Assembly: GCF_001194135.2 (NCBI RefSeq)
Contig: NC_068995.1
Coordinates: 10,121,863-10,166,301 of the forward strand
Length of the DNA stretch: 44,439 bases
DNA from: Octopus bimaculoides
Taxonomy: Eukaryota
Direction of reading: 5' to 3'
The position numbers and the translations under genes were made by a program. Below, one piece after another: positions 37,486-44,439 of this stretch (position 1 is its first letter; every line of letters begins with the position of its first letter). The notes beneath the pieces are model-generated. The model did no database searches and was not told the DNA's origin. It saw only the letters and a program-made list of their open reading frames with translations.

Positions 37486-37492
<7 letters not shown>
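37045..37492 (+). mobile_element. Mariner 3' half (DD34D transposase relic plus right TIR)
   Basis: KLAIKQPRLVN*DRPILLQDIARPHVAQRTRLELQDLHLEVLCHPPYSPDLAPTDYHVFHALDNFLKGK; ends AATCGGACATTTCATTCTTAATGACCTGATA followed by (TA)n. Confidence 0.9.
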
Positions 37493-37523
<31 letters not shown>

Positions 37524-38355
37524 ACATATACACAAACACACATTGGCGTACGCTGTAAGTATAAATGAATACATTAGAATGAATAACGTTAGCGGTGATG
37601 GTGATGGTTATACTGAGAAAGAAAGCGAAAAGAGAGAGGACAACGACGACGACGAAGCCGTTGAAACTACCAATGGCTACATGAAAACAATAATGGCGAT
37701 GAAGAGGAAGGGGTGGAAAAGAGAAATATATGTCTATGTGTGTCTTTGCCACGTATGTAAATATATTTATACATGTATATAGTTTTAAGAAACTCTCAAG
37801 AGTGTTGACCAGCTGAAGGTCTTCGGGGAGACCGAAACTAACGCGTACACACATATCTGCTAATGTCGATCATTAGCAATCAGAATTGACTTCGATAGAT
37901 ATTGAAGCACCATCCTTAGGACATCTCTTTAACCGTGTCGGTGTACTTTATAATGAAGGCTAATTGCCTTCATTTTTAAAGCGTTGCTAGCTTTCGAACT
38001 TTCGCAAGTTATTACTGACATCCATACCGGAAGCAGCAACTACTTCAAAGTGACAAGACCAGGTCAAAACGGATGTGAAATTTAGTCCCTGCAGTGGCTT
38101 CTCGGAAGATAATTCCAAACAAATTTTCAATATTAATGTTTCCTCCACATTGTGTGCGTGACATGGTTTCTTTTAAATGTTTCATTTTCACTCCTCACCT
38201 GCAAATGAGAGAATATGTCACAAGGGTATGGATATAATTATGGAAGACAGAGATGTTTAATTCATTCTGTGTACACATATATTCTAAAATTAAAAACACA
38301 CATACACCATACCTAAGTTTAGTCGTTGTTTATGTATTTTTGCGTCAGTGCGTAC

Positions 38356-38428
<73 letters not shown>

Positions 38429-38793
38429 NNNNNNNNNNNNNNNNNNNNNNNNNNNNNNNNNNNNNNNNNNNNNNNNNNNNNNNNNNNNNNNNNNNNNNNN
38501 NNNNNNNNNNNNNNNNNNNNNNNNNNNNNNNNNNNNNNNNNNNNNNNNNNNNNNNNNNNNNNNNNNNNNNNNNNNNNNNNNNNNNNNNNNNNNNNNNNNN
38601 NNNNNNNNNNNNNNNNNNNNNNNNNNNNNNNNNNNNNNNNNNNNNNNNNNNNNNNNNNNNNNNNNNNNNNNNNNNNNNNNNNNNNNNNNNNNNNNNNNNN
38701 NNNNNNNNNNNNNNNNATATATATATATATATAATTATTAATTTTATGTATATACGTATATAAATACACAGACATATATATACACACACATAA

Positions 38794-38831
<38 letters not shown>

Positions 38832-39714
38832 GTATGTATGTACGTATGAATGTATATTTAATAAGCCAGTCCTTGCGATAAGAGAATAATGGAAATAACA
38901 ATTTATTGGAATTCCAGAATTGGAAGCACTGTCCCAACTATTCTTCATGAATATCAAACTTGAAATCCGTCTTCCACAACCTACATAAATGGTAGAACGT
39001 GTTAAAGAGCATTAACACGTAAGTACGATGTTTTTAATGTTTATTCAATAAGTTTGTATTTCTCACACTTAAACTATTCACAATATGCGCACTTTGTAAC
39101 ACTGTTTGTACAAAGAGATATATAATGTGGCCACCGTGTTGTATGATTCTCTGTTGTTTCTTTGTTTTTTGGCACAAAGATTTTTCATACAGCAGCTTCT
39201 TAACAATTTATATGCAATATTTTCTGAGGACGTGTATGTCTCAGTCTCACGCGAATATTTACCAAACGAACGAAGAATTAGTTTGTGAGCGATTTCAAAC
39301 TGATCTTTTAACTATTTCAGTCACTTTTTCAATCAAGTACATCAGGAAAAAAGAAAGTCTTTATATTTCCAAGCTATATTATAAACCAACAAACCAAGTT
39401 CAGTAACTCATATTCTATCATACACCCACTCTGGGAATCTCATAATTGTCAAGCAGCTTTTGTTCATTTTCCCTTCTGAAAAGGATACCTTCTGTTGCCA
39501 GTTTTGTTCAAACAACGAACAATGAAAACCACTTTAAAATATTAAATGTTCATCAGTTGCTCGAAAGGATAAGCATTCAGTAGTTCTGTCCTCAAAAGTG
39601 TATAGATATTTAGTTTAAACATTTAGTAGACTGCGAAGCCAAAAGTTTTTGTATGTTGTCTTTAGTGCTCCATATTTCGTTGGACTCTGTTTATACTATG
39701 TGGCATTTGCTCGT

Positions 39715-39832
39715 GCATCAATTTATCGACTTCGAAATGATGAAAGGCAACTACAATCTCGGCGGAATTTGAACTCAAAACGTAAAGACAGTGTGCTAAC
39801 GATACTGCCTTCTTACCGCCTTATACATCTTC
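39715..39832 (-). mobile_element. SINE family A fragment
   Basis: AATTTATCGACTTCGAAATGATGAAAGGCAA...CTCGGCGGAATTTGAACTCAAAACGTAAAGACAG. Confidence 0.75.
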
Positions 39833-40089
39833 AATATTACTGAAAGAAAGTATATCTGTATGTGGAGAAATTTGTGGACTTCCCAAAGAACCAAAAGTAT
39901 TTTTGAAAGTGCGACGCTTTTTGCTTGCTAACTTATCTGAACAATGGTTTGTAAGAAGTGCTGATTGTTTATTTTGCCTCCCTAATCTCCCATAGATTCA
40001 TGTTGTCATACGACCCCTTAATAAAAGACTAAATGGAGATGATCTTGCTGAATTATTCAGGACAAGATTAAATGTATGACTATATTAGC

Positions 40090-40433
40090 AGACAATATCG
40101 TAAAATCATCTACAGCGAACTCACTACTGGAAAGAGATCGCGCGGACGCGAGTATCCCATGTGACGCTACAAAGACCAACTGAAGCAGACGATAAAACAC
40201 ACCAACATAGACCCTAAATCCTAGGAACAACAACACTCAGAAGACAGATTACACTTGCAAGACTGACGTAGAATATTTTGAGAAATACAGTCGAAGAAGT
40301 GAAGATAAACGACGGAAAACCTACAAACTCCAGGCAAAGCTTCAACGGACCTTTAAATGTGACTTCTGTGGATGATTGTTCAACGCAAAAAAGCATCGGT
40401 CTTATTAGTCATCTGAGGCACCACCATAAATGA
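40090..40433 (+). mobile_element. RTE-clade (BovB-like) LINE 3' end
   Basis: KIIYSELTTGKRSRGR...RYKDQLKQTIKHTNIDPKS*EQ and a terminal FKCDFCG*LF..[frameshift]IGLISHLRHH* C2H2-like knuckle, typical of RTE C-termini. Confidence 0.85.
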
Positions 40434-40797
40434 GGAAGTACACGAAGAAAGAAATGCCAGGAAACGAGGAAATGATTACGACGACGGCGACGATGTCGTC
40501 ATGAATTTGTCTACTTGAATTACTCTTCGGCTTGGTTGAAAATCTAATGGAACTCATTGCAAGTTAGTTAATTTCTTCATGGTATGAACAATACATTTAT
40601 TTACATCTAATTTATTCATGCATGAACACATTTTCCAAAAGTTCGTGGAGACAGTTTCGTATAGAGTCAATAAAATTCAATGGTACTCACAACGTTTCCT
40701 GGATTTGTCGGTTGTTCACACACCGAATGACAACAGAACCTTGGTCTTTCACTAAATTTACATAACTAGTGTTGTATCTATACGTATCGAAAACATA

Positions 40798-40958
40798 TTT
40801 GTTTCCCGAATATTCTATGCTGTAGCCGTCTTTATTCATGATGAAGTAACCTTTCTGAATTTGCTTGTCATCAGTTCGTTTCCCGAATATTCTTAGCTAT
40901 AGGTCTCTTTATTCATGATGCAGTAACCTTTCTAAATTTGCTCGAGATCGTTTCCGAT
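40798..40958 (+). repeat. Tandem duplication with a period of about 77 bp (two copies plus a partial third)
   Basis: GTTTCCCGAATATTCT at 40801 and 40878; TCTTTATTCATGATG.AGTAACCTTTCT.AATTTGCT occurs twice; GTTTCCGA at 40950. Confidence 0.85.
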
Positions 40959-42074
40959 AGCAATACTGCTCAAATAATGCTAATTACTCCAGCAGGAGCG
41001 ATTCAGATAGAATGGGGCATGCCAAAGCTAGGCCGAAACAGCTGTAAGTTTCTGTTTATTCTCAAATTCCTAATGTACTGTTTATTTGTAACCTCGATTG
41101 TTAATATAACATGGTATGTCATAAGCATTTGTATGTTATCGTTTTTGTCATTTTAGTTACAATATAAGTTAATTAACTCAACGGAATACACTGTCTGCAA
41201 GTCGATGGGTACTGCATATTCGCCTCCATTTTCTAATTGCTATATATATATAAGATTTATTTAGAGGTAGGTTAACCTTATAAAGGGATGGTTACATCCA
41301 AGAGAATACTGGTTCAATACCTAGCATTATCGGAGAATGAAATTCCTTTAAACAATAGGTGTATATTGAGCATACACTTCATATCCAGTTAAATGAAGAA
41401 AAGAAAATGGAGAATTGAAATTTAATAATTATCTATTATTAACAAATTCGTAATCATTACTTCTTACAGCCGTTTCCATTAGTATTCAATAATTAAATTA
41501 CAAATATGTGCATTAAATTTGCATTTACATGTTATGAGTATAATTTCATCAGAGAAAGAGATATACCTTACGATGTTACATGGCGACCTGTCAGTTCATT
41601 CCAGCACACTAAATATGATGATTTATTATTTTAATATTATTATATGCGGGTGAATGGTTAACGGATTGATAAGAATATAAAGATGACTAAAGTAAAATAA
41701 AGAAAAATAAAAAATTAAATGAAGTAAAACAGAAATAAATGGAGAATAATAAAATGAATAAGATAAATGTATAGTGGGTACAAAAAATAAAAATATTCAT
41801 TTATAATATATAAATAAAGAGTATAAAACATATATATATATATATATATATTTACATATATTTTTCATACCCATCACGCCTATAAATAAAATGAATATAG
41901 ATCCATTTTAGCCAATCAGTGCATAATAGCATCTCCAGAAAGAAATACGTCTACTCTTAACGGTTTTATAAAAATGTGGGCGTGTGTGGATTTTTATCAT
42001 AGAGCCAACAGTAACCATCGGATGTTTATGTGTACATAAGAATATGATTACACTCGTACGCATATATGTGTACA

Positions 42075-42233
42075 TACACATAAGTATAATATACAAACAT
42101 ACATACATACATATAAGTATAATATACAAACATACATACATACATATAAGTATAATATACAAACATACATACATACATATAAGTATAATATACAAACATA
42201 CATACATACATATAAGTATAATATACAAACATA
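42075..42233 (+). repeat. 33-bp minisatellite running into a 431-N gap
   Basis: Unit TAAGTATAATATACAAACATACATACATACATA starts at 42081, 42114, 42147, 42180 and 42213. Confidence 0.92.
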
Positions 42234-43689
42234 NNNNNNNNNNNNNNNNNNNNNNNNNNNNNNNNNNNNNNNNNNNNNNNNNNNNNNNNNNNNNNNNNNN
42301 NNNNNNNNNNNNNNNNNNNNNNNNNNNNNNNNNNNNNNNNNNNNNNNNNNNNNNNNNNNNNNNNNNNNNNNNNNNNNNNNNNNNNNNNNNNNNNNNNNNN
42401 NNNNNNNNNNNNNNNNNNNNNNNNNNNNNNNNNNNNNNNNNNNNNNNNNNNNNNNNNNNNNNNNNNNNNNNNNNNNNNNNNNNNNNNNNNNNNNNNNNNN
42501 NNNNNNNNNNNNNNNNNNNNNNNNNNNNNNNNNNNNNNNNNNNNNNNNNNNNNNNNNNNNNNNNNNNNNNNNNNNNNNNNNNNNNNNNNNNNNNNNNNNN
42601 NNNNNNNNNNNNNNNNNNNNNNNNNNNNNNNNNNNNNNNNNNNNNNNNNNNNNNNNNNNNNNNNGCTTCGCCACATACCGAAATTTAGAAATAGCAGTTA
42701 AATACTATATATGTTTTCCGTGGGCTATATTTGCCAAAAGGGCCTCGCATTGAGTCTGATCCCAAAACATGCCATATTGGAATGAGTTTCTTAGCTACAT
42801 ATTTATTCCTGCGCATATTTACCAATCTTTTTTTTTTTTTAATATCTTCATTCTTCATCATACTCTGATTCGTGAACACGAGTTGATCAGTTTTTATGAT
42901 TAGAGCTAAGAATGGGAGCTTCTACACAATTACTGTGGCACCTTCCGTTTCAATATTCATTAACCCTTTGACATATATGCTTCCAGTTATGTAGAACTTC
43001 CATAAAAGAACTGTTTTTATGTTCTTCTCTATACTGGAGAAACTATATAGTAAAGTGAAAGTGAATTGTTACATTGATTTTTATGGTAACCAACACCGAT
43101 GAGAGCCTGCTTTTCTCTTAAATACGTTTTTTGGTGAAAATAGCAAAGACACGTAATCTTGTATCTTGTAGTAGTAGTGTATGCAACTGAAAAAAATATG
43201 CAACATCTCTTATATAAGATTAACCAGGTAAAAAAACAGCAGCACCTTCGGTTCTAAATCAGATGTTCTAGCAGAAACCTCTCGTTCATCGCTAGTAATT
43301 TCCTTCTTTCTCACACGTAAGCTCATAAATTTTGTCTATACTTTCTTGCGCGGAAGAATTATTATGTGTCTTAAGTTTATAGCAATTTTCGTTTTGAGTT
43401 TCCATTCTTACTTCACGATGTACCTGCATTCAACATGAAATGGCAGTCCGAACAAGCTGTGAATATATCATTAAACTTCAAATATTTTAGACTTGCTCAT
43501 AAGCAGCATGCCTTCTTTGTCGTTTCAAGATTTCATTCCATTGCCACCGTCCAATTATTATACTTCTTTTCCATCTACTGAGGAGGCGCAGATGTGATTG
43601 TCTGCTTAAGCAAACACGCAGCTTACCAAGGCCTTCTGAGTAAATTCAGGAGATAGAAACTGTGTAGAAGCCTGTCATATATATATATA

Positions 43690-43803
43690 TACCCAAGAGG
43701 GGAGGTTGTAAAGTTCAAGGCTTCGCATAAAAGAAAATACTGAAGGACCAGTCAATTATGATTTTATCCAACTTATTCCCTTCTCAGATTCACGCACTTA
43801 TTG
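43690..43803 (+). mobile_element. Probable mariner-type element end
   Basis: After a TA run: GAGGGGAGGTTGTAAAGTTC..GGCTT...TTATGATTTTATCCAACTTATTCCCTTCTCAGATTCACGCACTTATTGCAG. This resembles TACGAGGGG..TGAAAAGT mariner termini (recalled); no coding support. Confidence 0.4.
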
Positions 43804-43804
43804 C

Positions 43805-43908
43805 AGAGGTCCTAAAAGAAGACACTTGCTCAAGGTACCACACGGTGGGACTGAACCCGGAACTATGTGGCTGGGAAGGAATCTTATTACCACACAGCCA
43901 CGCCAGCA
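43805..43908 (-). mobile_element. CORE-type SINE (family B) 5' part
   Basis: AGAAGACACTTGCTCAAGGTACCACACGGTGGGACTGAACCCGGAAC...TTACCACACAGCCACGCC is the reverse complement of 11630-11725. Confidence 0.85.
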
Positions 43909-44340
43909 CCTATGTTATATCAATTTCGATAAATATCTACGTCGCATTATATAGACTCGATCTAAGAAAAACACAACCATTTTCTTTAACATGAGATATT
44001 ACGACAGTTCCATATCATCATAAGATAGGGATTATCTTGATGGGGTTCAGTTAATTACGCTAAAAATTAACACAAAAGCATCTCAGGTGATAAGCAGTTA
44101 CTGAGATGCATTCTGCTTCGATGCTTTCTCTTATAAGGATTTAAATTGTTTTTTAAAATTTGGTAATTAAAAACAAAACCAGCCAGTGAATAATTATCTC
44201 TCAATACATACATATATATAAACATGCATAGACACACACGCACTCACGCACACAGACACACATTCGCACTCACACATATAAATACACGTATAAATATGTA
44301 TATGTATATATGAATATGTGTATGTATATATATATATATA

Positions 44341-44395
<55 letters not shown>

Positions 44396-44439
44396 ATATA
44401 TATAAATGTATATATATATGTATATATATATATATATGT

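Overview
AT-rich eukaryotic non-coding DNA with eight N gaps, probably intronic or intergenic. The repeat families resemble those I recall from Octopus (cephalopod) genomes; this is inference, not a search result. No host protein-coding gene could be identified. Most ORFs in the track are translations of (TA)n, (CA)n or triplet microsatellites. Several convincing-looking exons turned out to be antisense readings of transposon relics. Supported content: about 16 copies of one tRNA-derived SINE family (Meta-domain-like centre); about 8 CORE-type SINE pieces; two further SINE types; five R4/Dong-like non-LTR relics, most abutting (AAT)n-type triplet tracts; a non-coding element of about 560 bp flanked by (AAT)n; an RTE 3' end; a Penelope GIY-YIG fragment; four mariner relics. 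The most interesting signal is a dispersed set of minimal type-I hammerhead ribozyme motifs (CTGATGA...GAAAC-palindrome-GTH) carrying different palindromic loops. One of them sits in the spacer of a 150-bp inverted repeat typical of Penelope-like or retrozyme termini.
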